From assembly GCF_006345805.1 (NCBI RefSeq), contig NW_021832139.1, positions 1,466 through 65,465 on the forward strand: DNA of 64,000 nt, read 5' to 3'. Positions 14,316-30,229 of this stretch are shown one piece after another. The position numbers were made by a program, and so were the translations under genes. Numbering within the stretch: position 1 is the first letter of the stretch; every line of letters begins with the position of its first letter. The notes under the pieces are model-generated. The model saw nothing but the letters and a program-made list of their open reading frames with translations. It was not told the DNA's origin and did not search any database. The DNA comes from Octopus sinensis (Eukaryota).

Positions 14316-15479
14316 TATCATAAAATTAATTTCTAAATTCCAAGATGTGACTAGAATGGAAAATTTCCTTATCAGAGTCGGACCAATTTTGGAGACTGAC
14401 AGTCATCTACTTGTTTTGAAAGACTAAATCCGCGATCCACATTATCTGGTTGTCTAAATGGCGTTATGTTATTGCAAATAAATTATTGAAGTCACCGAAA
14501 CCGTTTATGTACTTAAGAACAGCAGAAATTTTTATCATTAAATCCATAGTTTTGCGCTTATTTACAGCAACACACTGCATATCCAACAACGCAGTATGTC
14601 ACGTCTGCATACTTAAGTGAACTGAAGTGTTAAGAGCCATGCATTTCGCCGTTTGTTACATCGCAACAATGGACATTGCATTACAAATCAGAAAGCAAAT
14701 TATTTCTGGTGTGGATCATATTATTTAACCTACAGTAAATCTTTTTACATAAAATTATATATACCTGATACTACGCATACACTTGATTGCGTTTGAAACT
14801 TTGACATATATAGTAATCACAAGAAGGATATGTATACGTAGACATTCCATTGGCTCGAAGACTCTGCGAAATTCCTTCAAATTATATGCTACAGGCTTGA
14901 AATGGGAAAGGCAATAGATCATACGAAGAGATCTTTCCCGAGTCATATACAGTCATAGAGCCGGTTTCCCAGTTTCCGTGGACGGGGTGCCGATCATCGC
15001 AGGTTTACTCTCTTTTGCCAGCTGAGTGGAGGGCACAAGGCGTCTGCCAGAACAGGAATCGAAATCCCAATCTCAAAATGACCTTATCACTAAGCACTGC
15101 GTCGCTATATAGATTATATAGAGCTAGATATAAAGAAAGCGACGTATATTTACGGCGGAAATGACTCTTGTCAGAGATCTGCATCATTTATAATCACTAG
15201 GGTTTTCCACAGCAAACATGTTATATAAATCAACTCCCTAACTGAAACCCTTTCTGAAATTTATGTTCGATTTAGCTTTGTTGTTAAACGAAAAAACACC
15301 TGTAAGATTCAGAATAAACATGGGCTGTTTTAATCTTCCTATATCAGGATACGAGCAGAAGCACCCCCCCCCATCCAATAGACGGTGCTGAGTTGTCAAA
15401 CATCTAAACCAAATGTCCGAACGTCCGATAGGTCTCTCCTTTGAGAAACACTGATTTAACCTAAATTTGAGACACCAGC

Positions 15480-15722
15480 AAAATAAGAAATAAAGATAGA
15501 CTTTTTTCTATTCCAAAAAAAAAACGATTTTACACACGCACGTTCCCACGGCTTTATCGATCGCATTCTCACCTGGAATCGATTTTTGTAATTTTTCAAG
15601 ACTTGTACATGCCTTGATACAGTCGGTATCTACAGATCAAATTTGAGCGCAATCGGATGGAGGATGCCCGAGATCGTAGAAGACACACACACAGACAGAC
15701 AGAACGGATTTTATATAATAGA
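15480..15722 (-). mobile_element. Helitron-like 5' fragment
   Basis: Minus strand A|TCTATTATATAAAA, (tctg)n, then ccgattgcgctcaaattt motif. Confidence 0.4.
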
Positions 15723-16270
15723 TTAGACAGTCAATGACTCTTACTTTCCTAAACTCTGTGACATCTACAAGTTTAAGAACCCTTCAGTTTATCGATTCTT
15801 ATATTTGAATAATGTATAATACAACTAAATCGATCAATGTATATTTGGTTGGGGTACTGGGTTGGATCTCCATCATTCGATGACGAGGATTCAGTTACTT
15901 GATCGAATGTATCTCCTTCGCCTGAATTAAGGTAAAAAAATTATCTGCAAATGGTTGATGGATTTACTGAAGCTTTTACACTTAACCTGTATTCCCTGTC
16001 AGAATCCACATGACAGAATTTAAGCTGAGGATGCACCTTGTAATTTCAGAAACGACCCACCAGAATGGGTTACAATGTAACTGGCGTCTACCTAATTTCA
16101 CTTACATAGTATGGGGGTGACAGGATTATATGTAAAGGGGTATTTTGGTCAAACGCCACTGAGTAGAAGAAAAAAACCCTTTACATCGTAGTTGCAAAGC
16201 GGTCATCTGTACCATTGTTATACACTACGCCAAATAAGCATTTCTTATCTATCTATCTATCTATCTATCT

Positions 16271-16349
<79 letters not shown>

Positions 16350-16442
16350 GTTTGCCTGTCTAGCTAGGTATCCTTATATACACGCACTCGATATATATAT
16401 ATATAAATATATATATATATAATATATATATATATATTAATA

Positions 16443-16483
<41 letters not shown>

Positions 16484-17878
16484 TATATATATATAGATAT
16501 ATATATATATATAGATATATATATATGTATATGTATATATTTATACCCACACATGCATATACATATATACACACACGTATATACACATACTAATATATCT
16601 ATCTATCTATATATGTATATATATAAATATATATGTATATATATGCATGCTTACACAGACAGACACAACCACAGTCACACACAAACACACAAACGCACAC
16701 ACATAAACACGCACGCAAGCAATATATGTATGTACATTTATCCTGTTTTTAAATTTCATTTCAGGATATGAGTGAAATTGTGCTGTTTCAGATGTGACAG
16801 AAACAATTTCAGTTGTTTAAAACCTTTTCGTATTTGTAATAAAATAATACATCCCTAATCCCGGATTCTCAAAGTTTTACTCCACCTCACTATAATATAT
16901 AAATATGCGCGCGCACACACACACACATACACACACACAAACACACACACACACATACATACGAACACGCCCGTATTTAAATCCATTTCTTCCCTCTCTA
17001 TATATATGCATAAATACACATATATATATATATACACACAAACATACATGAGTGTGTTTTTGTGTATATATATTCATATTCATATCTATCTATCTATATA
17101 TATATATGTGTGTGTGTATACATATATATTTATATATACGTATGAATATATATGTGTGTATATATATGTATATATATATACATACATATTTATATAGATA
17201 TATACTTATATATACATGCATATAAGTACGTATGTATGAATATACGTATACATATATATATATGTGTGTGTGTGTGTGCTTGTATATGTGTATATATGTG
17301 TTTGTGTGTGTATGAGTGTATGCTTGTGTGTGCATGTGTGTGTGTGTGTGTGTATATGTATATAAGTAATCTTCAACGCGGGACCTTAATCGTAAAACCA
17401 ACTTCATTCTGCCACGTGCCAAGATGAAACTGTGACACACAAGTGTGTAGTGGATGCGCGCACTCGACAAAACAGATGGCGCTTGCATTATACGCCATCG
17501 ATTGGGCTCGATAAGGATAAAGACGAGCAAAAATAAATGACAAGCATTATATAATGTATAAAATTAGAGAGAACACACGACGTTTCATGTATGAAAAGAG
17601 GAAAGAGTGTAGCGTATTTGTTATGTGTGTGACCGAAGCAGTTAAAGTTGGAACAAACGATATGTGCAGCGAAAGGATTAGCAGATTAATCCACTTTGAA
17701 TGGCTAATAAAAGCAGGAAACTTAAGTCGAGTTCTGTTTAATAAAGGATTCTTAATGCAGAAACATTGTTGTTGCGTCTTAAGTGCATTTAAAATCCGTC
17801 ATTTTCGGTAAATGTCTTATGTATATAACAATGCATGCCTGCATGCGAAGATATGAAGGCATATATTCATCCATGAAC

Positions 17879-17932
<54 letters not shown>

Positions 17933-18079
17933 CTCACTCTCTCTCTCTCTGTATATATGAATATATACGTATATATACACACATACATACATATATATAA
18001 ATATACACACACATATATATATATGTATACATACATGTACATGTATGTGTATATATATATATATATATTTATATATATT

Positions 18080-18141
<62 letters not shown>

Positions 18142-18642
18142 TCTACGTATGTGAAAGCACGCACGCGCAGGGGACGTATTTATTCATGTATGTAGGAATG
18201 CGTATGCGTATATGTATTGCTATACACCACCGCACCACACGCACCTGCCGCATCCACATACTCACTGTCACACACACGCGCGCACATAGTCTTTTATGGG
18301 ACTGCATTCTTTTGAACGCATATAATATTTACGCTTCTATGTGGATGTCCTGTCCTTGTGTATCTATCTTTCCATTTACTTATCACAATACCTTATCAGA
18401 CTCTCTATGTATGCATATTAGTATGTATATATATATATATATATATATAAATATGAACGTATGGACTCTACGGCAGATACGACATACATATGTACATAAG
18501 TACATGCACGCAACATACACACACAGGCGAACATGCAGACACATACACACATATATATACATATATATACACATATATAGACAAACGCAGACACACACAG
18601 AGGCACTCATCCCCCATATATATATCTATCTATCTATCTATA

Positions 18643-18696
<54 letters not shown>

Positions 18697-18884
18697 CACG
18701 TAGATGAGTTTATAGAACGTTTACTTCTTGTTAGAGTGTATATTGGTAACAAGTGGTAAAGGAGTTTTGTCTAATATTTGTGTTCCTATATATGTGTATA
18801 TATATGTATGCTTATACTCACAAACTATGTGTGAATGCGTGTGTGCGTGCGCGTATATGTAGGTGTACACGCACGATGTCATTG

Positions 18885-18918
<34 letters not shown>

Positions 18919-19050
18919 TTATGAGTACAAATTCACACGCTACTACACACACACGAACATCAACAGATAAACGGGTGCTTGGGCATAATACACACTCACA
19001 AACTCACAGACAACACAGACCCTCACAGACACAAACATAGGCACACACAC

Positions 19051-19120
19051 ACGTACGCACGCAGGCACAGACGTACGCACGCAGGCACAGACGTACGCAC
19101 GCAGGCACAGACGTACGCGC
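19051..19120. repeat. 20-bp tandem repeat, about 3.5 units
   Basis: acgtacgcacgcaggcacag repeated head to tail. Confidence 0.9.
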
Positions 19121-19787
19121 GTATATTTACTCAACATGCGAAGCACGCACTTACGTAATCGCGTGTGTATGAATGAATGCATTGTCCTCTTAAATGTAAT
19201 ACTCGAATATTCTGATTTAAGATGGATGACGTAGAATAGGTTGTAAGACGAAAGCGGTAAAAAACGGGAGAGGGCGGCTGGCGGCGAGGCGGGAAAAAGA
19301 AGAATCATGATTGTCTTTCAGGAGTGGCTGATTGTTTCACCGTCCTTTGTAAACACGTGTACATATATTTGTGTATGTGTGTGTGTTTGTGTGTGCGAAT
19401 GTGTACCTGTGTGTGTGTCTGCGTGTATACAGTTCACTTTGATTAGTCTTTTTGTTTTTGTCTTTACAATTATTTAAGAATAGAAAAAGAAGACGAATGC
19501 TCCTACCTATGAACATTGTTCTTTCATTCCAATTTTAACCGTATCTATCTATCTATATAGACGTATAGGGATTCGCGTTTGTGTGTATAATAGGCATGTA
19601 AGCATATATGTATGTATATTTGTATGAACGAGTTATACACTGCGGTAGTTATCATGCGAAAAAATTCTTATATTGGATTCTGGCGCAAAATGCACTCTTG
19701 TTCATAACGTGTTTTTTTTGGGGGGGTGGGGGGTGGGTGGCTAAACCGCCGCCACTTCCACTGGCATCAGTGTATATTTGTATTTAT

Positions 19788-19830
<43 letters not shown>

Positions 19831-19993
19831 TACATATATATCGATACATATATATATAGATACACACACAGACATATATATATATATATATATCCGTAAT
19901 AATGAAGGGTGAAATTAATTAATTTGGAATAATTATCAATTACACCAAGTAGTCTTCGGCATGTAAAAGCCTCATTTGAGGAAAATTTAAGTA

Positions 19994-20372
19994 ATACTAA
20001 GCAATAAGGGTTCAGCAACGAATTGCCTTACCACATACCGAATTTAGAAATAGCAGTCAAAGGGTTATAGCTATTTCTTCTACTAAAAAGGGAGATCTCA
20101 GTAAAAACAGCAATTGGAAGGCTGACACAAACAGGTAAGAGAGAATGAATTAACCGCAATCTATCAAACGTTTTTAAAGTTTGGATAACTTTAAAAACGT
20201 TTGATAGATTGCGGTTAATTCATTCTCTCTTACCTGTTGTTGCAGTCAGCTTCCAATTGCTGTTTTTACTGAGATCTCCCTTTTTAGTAGAAGAAATAGC
20301 TATAACCCTTTGACTGCTATTTCTAAATTCGGTATGTGGTAAGGCAATTCGTTGCTGAACCCTTATTGCTTA

Positions 20373-20376
<4 letters not shown>
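19994..20376. repeat. Near-perfect long inverted repeat (foldback)
   Basis: Arms 19994-20181 and 20187-20376, 5-nt loop tggat; differences confined to one short patch. Confidence 0.95.
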
Positions 20377-20410
<34 letters not shown>

Positions 20411-20754
20411 GTATATAAAAATATATAAATATGTATATTCAGAAACATACACCTGCGCGCGCGAGCATTGGTGTGTGTGTGTGAATATTTTTGTCCGTGT
20501 CGTTGTATTTCTCTACATTAAGGTATTATATATTTCAGGTTATATTTCTAGAAAAGTTTATATATTTTAGCTGTTCCCATGATTTTTTTTCATTTTCGTT
20601 TTCTAATCAGTCTCATCCTTCCTATTTTTCCCTTTTTTTTTAAAACCCCTCTTCACAATTAATTTCGTTACATACCAACCTACCGCAATAACTATAAGAT
20701 ATAAATCTAAACCTAATGCCATAATGTAATATCATCAGATTTCTTCAACGTCTC

Positions 20755-21243
<489 letters not shown>

Positions 21244-21394
21244 ATACCTTTCTTTCCATATATACTTTTCTTTCCAATAATGTTGAACATTCTGTTAAAG
21301 GAATCTTTCAATTGATTAGTCGTGCTCTTCCGTAGCTACTACGGCAAGGATGATAATCACTTTTCAATTAATACATAATATTAATAATGTTTTC

Positions 21395-21610
21395 TCATTA
21401 GTAATTTCAACTTTTGGCACATGCCAGCAATTTCGAGGAGGCGGTAACTCAATTACATCGCCCTCAGTGCTCAATTAAGTCTCATTTTATTGTCCCCGCA
21501 AGAATGAAGCATAACATCGACCTGGGCGGATTTTGAACACAGAGCGTAAAGACGGACTAAATGCTGCTAAGAATTTTATCTGGCGTGCTAATGATTCTGC
21601 TCGCCGCTTT
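21395..21610 (-). mobile_element. SINE family A, diverged
   Basis: Reverse-oriented head (aagcggcgagcagaatcattagcacgcc), B box and core. Confidence 0.6.
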
Positions 21611-22696
21611 ATATTTTCTAATTGTTAAATGAAATAAATATATCCTTATGTATTTCTTACATTAATTTTACTTAAGTAAATTATGTTTCTATCACATTTA
21701 TCTTTTAATCGGAGATTGCTTAATATTCGTATATAGACGCTATTTCAATGTAGTTGTATCTCTTCAGTTCAACAATGTTAGGAATGTAGGATTTATCTAA
21801 CACTACATTATATTAAAATCCTAGCCTAGCCTAACCAGATTAGCATAATATTACATCATATTAAAATCCTAGACTCACCTGACCAGAATAACATAACTAA
21901 CAACCATTAATTTGAACGAATTTCATTGATGAAACATTAAAGAATTTCCAGCCATTCTCCATCTTTTGGCTGTTAGAGTCAATCGCAGTTTGTGCATCTC
22001 AAAATATTACATTTATGATACCCTCGATTATATTTAACTTTATGTTACAGAATTAGAGATCATGATGTGCGCTTAACCACAAATGTATTTTATGATTTAT
22101 TTATATTTCTACGTTGAATATATCAAAAATTACTGAAACCATCCCTGTATGAAATACAACGCCAATTATATACTGGGCTCCTTCCTCTTAAAAATATGTT
22201 ATCCGGCGCCATGGAGTATACAGCAACTTGTAACTCTTTTATTATCTTTGAATATTTTGTTAGAATTTTATTTTTCTGAACGACATCTACTAAACATGGG
22301 GTATGCAAACGTGCGTGGAAATATTCGGTTTACGGTAAGGCGTAATACACTCGTAGTAGCACTTGAGGTAATGATGAAAGTTGAAGGTTAAGGTGTCGGA
22401 GTTAAGTGTTAAATTTATAGGATTAGGTGATAGGATTATAGTTACAAGAAGAAAGAACTGAATATGCGAATTTCCTTTATCAATAAATCGTAATGTCAAA
22501 CCCTTAAGAGTTGTAAAAACGGAACTTTTTTCTCCATAAATTAAAATTATAGTGACGAGCATAATAAAAATTGCACAGGTCAACAATATAGATTATATAC
22601 ACACACACACATATATATATACAGATAGCTAGCTAGATACAGACACTAGCTAGATACAGACACATACATCTATAATACATACATATATATATATAT

Positions 22697-22742
<46 letters not shown>

Positions 22743-22787
22743 TGTGTGTGGTGTATATATATACATAAATATGTACATATATATATG

Positions 22788-22848
<61 letters not shown>

Positions 22849-22890
22849 GTGTGTGTGTGTATATATATATATATAAATATGATATATATG

Positions 22891-22922
<32 letters not shown>

Positions 22923-22955
22923 ATTATATATATATATATATATACATATATATAT

Positions 22956-22996
<41 letters not shown>

Positions 22997-23664
22997 TATA
23001 TACATATATAAATTAGAGAAAAACCACTATTATGCATTTATATACATTTATTCATATACACACATATACACACATATACACACATGTATGCTCTATCATT
23101 CATTTTAAAGTGAATTCCTGAAATGCAAATAATGTCCTAAGAAGGAAAATAAAAATATGAAACTGTTAAATCTGTAACTGTTGCATATGATATAAACAAC
23201 GGGCTTAAAATAATATCCTCACGTAAAATTAAGTGGTTATATTTCCGGGTCAATGCCGGATGACCTTTGGTAATAACGAAAAATTATCGCCATTTCTTTG
23301 AATTATATTCTCTCTACAGCGAGTTGATTATTTTCGTAGTTTTTAAGAACTCCACGTTACGGAAGACATATTTATTTACATATAATATAACCACTAAAAT
23401 TGCAAACGATGTTTCATGCCACGTAAGGCGATTATGATAATCCTGCATTATTTGCAAAGCTTAACTCGTACTTGACATTATATATTTATTTGTCGCACAG
23501 TAGCAAAATTGTAAAAGCACACAAATCGAAGTTGCTTTCCCATAAACATCACCCATTCTGTCTCCCAGCCTACAATTTGTTCTCCTACTTGAATATTGTC
23601 ATCAATTCAAAAGTGATTTGCTCAGTACGTGATTGCGTGACGAGAATAAACTTGCATCCTCCCA

Positions 23665-23666
23665 TA

Positions 23667-23733
<67 letters not shown>

Positions 23734-23735
23734 CA

Positions 23736-23771
<36 letters not shown>

Positions 23772-23773
23772 CA

Positions 23774-23822
<49 letters not shown>

Positions 23823-23839
23823 TATTATTATTATTATTA

Positions 23840-23902
<63 letters not shown>

Positions 23903-23960
23903 TATTATTATTATCATTATTATTATTATTATTATTATTATTCCTGTCATTATTATTATT
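23665..23960. repeat. (TTA)n microsatellite
   Basis: Direct reading. Confidence 0.95.
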
Positions 23961-24190
23961 CATAAAGTGTCTTTTTTTTTGTGTGTTTGTGTATCCAGTT
24001 TTAGATTTAGACAGAATACTGTTTTGATTTCTGTCATAAATTGTAGTACCATCACTTCTACCCGTAATACTTCCATCTCTATTAATGGGTTCATGTAATC
24101 TCGTAACGTTTTGCTTTGAATCAAAAAAACATAAAGAAGCGATTGCAATTTATTACGTTGGACCTTCTTCTACGTAATTACTTAGAGAGG

Positions 24191-24231
<41 letters not shown>

Positions 24232-25391
24232 AGCTAACCAGATTACGTCAGTGAGTATCTCCCACCATTAAAAACATTTTACAATCATAATGTTCTTCAC
24301 CTTAAGTACATCTGTTGCCTTTCATTCCATCAAGTAAGAATTATTCCAAATCCTTATAAGTGCATTTTACATCAAACACTTTTGCTTCGTGTAACGGCGC
24401 CATCCAATGCTGTATTTCTTGTTGTTTATCCCCCATGCCAGCTCTGATAGAAGAGACCTTTGAAGAAAGGGATTTCAGCCATAACTTCTGCCATTTTTCT
24501 TCAGCCGAGGGATTCTAGTTTCTAAAACATTCTTAGGTAAATTACCTTTATAGTTTAAATTCATTAATATTTGAGTTGGTATTACTAGGGATTTGAGAGA
24601 CCACATTAAGGCATCCACGTTGGCATTTCAACATGGACATTCATGTTTTCTTCAACTAACGGGACCTAGATTCTAAAACTAGATTATTCGATGTATCCTT
24701 CTGTTTCAAATGCAGTTCAGTAATATTTGAGTCAATATGGTGTCTCTTTCTAGAAAGTCGAAATGTTGTATAAACTCATTATCATTCGCATTTTAACTTT
24801 GAAAATACCTTTGGTCTTCAACTTACAGCAATCTAGATTCTAGAAACATACTAGTCCTTTTGTCATTTAATATATTTAATGAAAATTCCTCCAAGGCCGA
24901 CTTTTCTTTCATTATTTCGCGGTTGATAAATCAGATATAAATTAAGCACTGGGGTCGATGTAATCGACTTACCTCCTCCACCCCCGAAATTGCAGGCCTT
25001 GTGCCAACATTGGAAACCGATATTTGGAGCGTAATGGTTATTATTTCTAGAAAAACATTAGAGCACATACACACACTCACTTGCTGACCCTTGGACCAAC
25101 CCTTAATGTATCGGAGGTATTATCAAATGCTATCCATACATGATCATAGACCTTTGTTATAATGACCATGATTGTATCTAGCACTACGTTACCTAGGTGT
25201 CTCCCTTAATTTTTGTTAAGCTCTATAGTGTTTTCAGGTTGGTTTAGTTATTACATTTAGCGATTAAGCTGGCGCATTGTCATTGGTTCGAATTGATGCG
25301 GCATTGTCCTAATATGCAATGCGTGCTTACAGAGAGGAATGTGTCGGAGAAATCGATATTTTTGTTTAGCCATTGATCAATCCTAATGGAA

Positions 25392-25775
25392 TCTCTCTAT
25401 ATATAAACGGCAGTTTGTCTGTCTGCGTGTCTGTGTGTCTGTTAGTTTGTACCCTCACCCTGACCACTGCTTTCAACCGATTCTGATGAAACTTGACACA
25501 CACATAGCCCAATGTCATAATTCAAAACTAACGCAGCGAAAATTTTGAAAAGTTCCCCCAGTTCTGAAAAAAATCGATAAATTCGACATGGGGTCGAGAA
25601 TCAGAAACACAAACCACAGATTGTCTAGGGAACGCAACTCGACCTTTTTAACTCTCAAAAAAAATTTAGCATAATTTTTTTTCCATTTTTTTGCTATTTT
25701 TTGGCTATAACTCTCTAAAAATGCTTTATAGTTATTTTCCTTACAAACCCGAGCAACGCCGGGCGATACTGCTAG
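25392..25775 (+). mobile_element. Non-autonomous Helitron-like element, copy 2
   Basis: A|TC...CTAG|T, hairpin cccgagcaacgccggg, no TSD; homologous to 5570-5954 over the full length. Confidence 0.8.
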
Positions 25776-26679
25776 TAGATTTATAATCACAAGGGTGAAT
25801 TTCGAGACGACTCTGTCTCGGCTCAGGGAATGGTTTTCTTTATGATTTCAGTTCCCAACATGAACTCCATTGAATTCAAGGAGGTTTGACGTCTACAGTT
25901 AGCGATTACATTGATGCATCGTCGTCATCTCGAGATAATGGGGCTCTGAACTGGCGGGTGTTAGCTGGGCTGATTGTTGAAATGTTTCCCTTCATATGTA
26001 ACGGAGTGTGTTAATGATGTAGATGTCGATGTTGATTTACCCCCGTTTAATCCAAACAGAGCAGACTTTTGGTGGAAAAGGGTTTCATTCATAACATCAC
26101 TGTCTTGGCTCAGGCTGTTCACGCACTAATGATTTCGTGGTCCAAAGTTTTCTCCCGTTTTGTAAGAGGATAGGGTGTGATTTGAGAGATATTTTGGTTA
26201 CTATATCTAGCTCATATCCGATTACTATATTCGAATAACCTGTTTCTTTTCATTTTGTTAAGCCACGTGAGTATAATTTAAAGTTTCGGATATTATCTCT
26301 AGCAGGTCCAGAAACCGGATAAAGGAGACCTTAACGATTCGTATTGTTTTCTGATGTAATGACAATAAAAAACCACAGTGGCAACAATGAAGACGATGGC
26401 ACAAGCTCCCTTACATCCTAGCCTTAGAAGTGCATCATTTTGTATGTTTACAAAAATAGAGAAAAAAAAAACAAAAAAAACGAGGTCTCGTCTTATTGAC
26501 TCAATCAGATAATTTAAAATCTCTTTGAAGAAAACTAAACTCGACGCTGAAAGACAATTAACGATTTATCAGTTATATTCTTTCTTCCTCATTAGGTGTG
26601 ATTTATATTTCGAAATTTCGAGATTAATGTGATCACGCCCGATCTCAAATCTAATTATCGAAGAATATTTAGAAGAAAA

Positions 26680-26860
26680 TTCTTTTCAAATTTTGGTACA
26701 AGGCCAGCAATTTCGGGGCACGGGGCTATTTCATTCGAGAAGATCGGTGCCAGAGCGCAATTGGGATTTATTTCATCAACACCAAAAATAAACAATCACA
26801 ACGTTGACAGAGTTGGAACTCAGAACGCAAACACAAACGAAATGGTGCTTAGCATTTTAA
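26680..26860 (-). mobile_element. SINE family A, decayed
   Basis: Tail ttggtacaaggccagcaatttcgggg and gaactcagaacg B-box remnant. Confidence 0.5.
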
Positions 26861-27121
26861 TATATATTTAAATCTCACGGTGAGCACAAGAAACTTCGTT
26901 TTTTGTTGGGGCGGGGGTAGATTTAAGTCGGTCGTTAGGTGCCTATATCTCGTTAGCAAACATTGCTCTTTTGACTGTCCTACCCACAACCAACCAAAGA
27001 AAAAATCGTTTTAAATTTTGTGAGTCAATGCAGAAAGCAATTGTCGACAGGGTGGGCCCCAAGTATCCAGTGTTCAAAAGGTTGCATTTGCTTATGACCC
27101 TGCATTCATAATCAAATATCT

Positions 27122-27508
27122 ATTTATTTATTGCTCATTGGGGGCTAAACAGAGAGGCGACAAACAAAGACCCCATTGCGTAACTGGTACTTATTTAATC
27201 GACCCAGAAAGGATGAAAGGCAAAGTCGATCTCGGCAGAATTTGAACTCAGAACGTAACAGCAGACGAAATACCTATTTATTTACTGCCCACAAGGGGCT
27301 ACACACAGAAGGGACAAACAAGGACAGACAAACGGATTAAGTCGATTATATCGACCCCAGTGAGTAAATGTTACTTATTTAATCGACTCCGAAAGGATAA
27401 AAGGCAAAGTCGACCTCGGTGGAATTTGAACTCAGAACGTAGTGGTAGACGAAATACCGGAAAGCATTTCGCCTGGCGTGCTAAGGTTTCTGCCAGCTCG
27501 CCGCCCTT
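27122..27508 (-). mobile_element. SINE family A, internally duplicated (dimeric) form
   Basis: Complete unit followed by a second unit starting at tatttcgtctg (B box plus core, no A box); junction near 27273. Confidence 0.8.
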
Positions 27509-28314
27509 TCATGGTCAAATATCACGTATTATTCTGCAGTGTGAATGAATGTTGCACTCAGTGCTGATGCACTGCACCAAGGGTACATTTTGTTCAGAAT
27601 CCTTGCTGTGGCTGACTTTCTTTGTTGATAACTATTTCCTGCGACGATTGGTTCCAATCCTATGTGTCTCTGAGTCACTCTAGGGAATCCTGCAGGGAAT
27701 TAGCGTAGTGAAGTACACGCCCAGTAGAGCAAGGAGAATAATAATCGGTGGCAAGTTGGTGGACGGTGAATCTTCCGCAGTTCGGCTATAATTTTTCGCA
27801 GAGGAATACGTTTTTATACAACTCTGTTTGTTAAAATGACGATACGATTTGCTGCAAGCAGCCTACTATCTATGGTTGCAAATCCTCAAGTTACATGTAT
27901 TTTCAGAATATATTGTTAGTCGGGAAGTGGAATTCGCTGGGTTTAAATAGTTTCATTACTTTGGTAGATTCACTACTTCGCATTCAACATTAAAATTCAC
28001 ACACTCGCACTTGCATACACGCACATATAACACATATACATACCTACATATCTGTACACATGCATACCTGCATACGCACACATATAATTCTGGGTATAGG
28101 CGTAACGTTTTGAAGGATAACTCAATATATATGATGTGTAAGAATTTTTATTGAAGAAATTAAAGGAAAATTCCACGCAACGATTGACTAGATTCCTCCG
28201 TCCGGAATCCTCCGAACACATACACACACAAACAGAGACATGCAAGGTCTCACACATATACATTCACAAACACACAAGCACGCATGCAGACCTACGTACG
28301 ATTATATACATTTT

Positions 28315-28345
<31 letters not shown>

Positions 28346-28844
28346 ATACACACAGACACACACACACATACACACACACACACATATATATACATGTATA
28401 TGTGTATGTAAGCAACCATGGATGTATATATGTATGCGCACATATATGTGTGTGTGTGTGTGTGCGTGTGTGTGTGTGCATATGCAGGCAGGCACAGGTA
28501 CACATATGCACTCATACGTAAGTATACATACATGCATGCATATAAACACATGCATAAGCATACCTATACATGCATATACATACCTACACATACATGCATA
28601 CATAGATACATCCACGCGTAAGCTTTCCAACCATAAATTTGTGAAATTTCTACAGATATCCAAGTAGCTTCCATTTCTAAACTCATCGTTTCATTTATTG
28701 CCTTTCTGGCTGCTTGTTTAGTCAATAACCTCTTTTACTCTGCTATATCTTCATTTTCCTTCTCTTTTATATATTTAGTTTATTATATATAGACTTCTTC
28801 TTTATTTATTCATACGGATTTTTCTTTTATTCCTTAGATTCTTT

Positions 28845-28942
28845 CAATTATTATTATTATTATTATTATTATTATAATCACTATTATTATTATTATTATT
28901 TATTATTATTATTATTATATTATTATTATTATATTATTATTA

Positions 28943-28985
<43 letters not shown>

Positions 28986-29011
28986 CATCATTATTATTAT
29001 TATTATCATCA

Positions 29012-29042
<31 letters not shown>

Positions 29043-29360
29043 CATTATTATTATTAATATTATTATTATTATTATTATTAATATTATTATTATCAATATT
29101 ATTATTGTTGTTGTTGTTACTATCATCCTCATCATCATCTTCATCGGCGTCGCTGACATCATCATTATCATCGTCGCCATCGTCGTCGTCGTCGTCGTCG
29201 TGGTCGTCATCATCATCTTCATCATCATTATGGTCATTGTTATTATTATTATAAGTAATATTTTTGTTGTAGATGTTGCTTCTGGTATTGTTGTTGTTGT
29301 TATTGTTATTATTATTATTATTTTCGTTATCATTGTAATCATCATCATCATCATTATTAT
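28845..29360. repeat. Compound (TTA)n/(TCA)n/(TCG)n/(TTG)n microsatellite
   Basis: Direct reading. Confidence 0.95.
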
Positions 29361-30229
29361 GTTGCTGACAGATTTTTCTCCATATATCTCCTTCAATATT
29401 TTCCCCTTATTTCTATTTCTGAAATAATTTCTTTTGTTGTTTGTGAATTATTGCGTTTCCGGGATGAAAAAAAAATAACAAGAATAAAGAAACCCCCAAA
29501 AATATACATATAGTTTTACTCTCTATGTTGTTATACTACACATTTTTTTTTCTATATTCTCTTTTACATCTTCTTGTTCTTCTACAGATTTCTTTCAAAT
29601 ATTTCGTTATGCTTGAAGTGCACAAAAAAACATACTTTATTTGAGTTTCCTTTTTTCTTTCTCACTCTGTCTCTCCTTCTCACTTTCTTTCCCTCTTTCT
29701 CTCTGAATTTTTTTTTTACGAACCATGTAATGTTGCCTGGGTATAATATCTTGTATATTCTGTATTTCATAGATATGATATCGTGTATTGTGTATTTTAG
29801 AGATATCATTTTCTTTCCTTATTGTCATATTATCTTTGTTTGTTTGTTTGTTTTACTCCACCTTATATTATTCTTCTGCAAAAAAATATTTTTACATTCT
29901 TCCTATTATAATGTCCACAGAGATTTATTTCTAGATTTCAACTATTATGACTGACGCTGCTAATCGAGCTGATAGTCTGTCTGACTAACGGCACAAACGG
30001 CTGTAAGGTCAAAGGCTCCCCAAACTTATTTTTGCGCATCTTCTTTACTGATTTATGTGTTAGACATCTATCAAATGCATGAAGTCCAGCACCTCTACAT
30101 TTGAAATCGCCTAATCTATCATTTTGTCTTTTCGCATAAAATTTCAATAAAGTTTTCCGAAGACATTAAATTCCATTGGCTGTGAGTCTGAATCCCTATA
30201 AAAAGACCTGGACCAACTGGTGCAGTTGC

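Noticed and set aside
17675-17692. Cluster of TAATCC-type homeodomain sites
   Set aside because: Short motifs in AT-rich DNA are expected by chance; no conservation data are available.
19950-19985. Hammerhead-like stem (ggc...gcc) next to the long foldback, minus strand
   Set aside because: The core reads CAAAUGA and GAAG, too far from CUGANGA/GAAA, and stems I and III are not evident.
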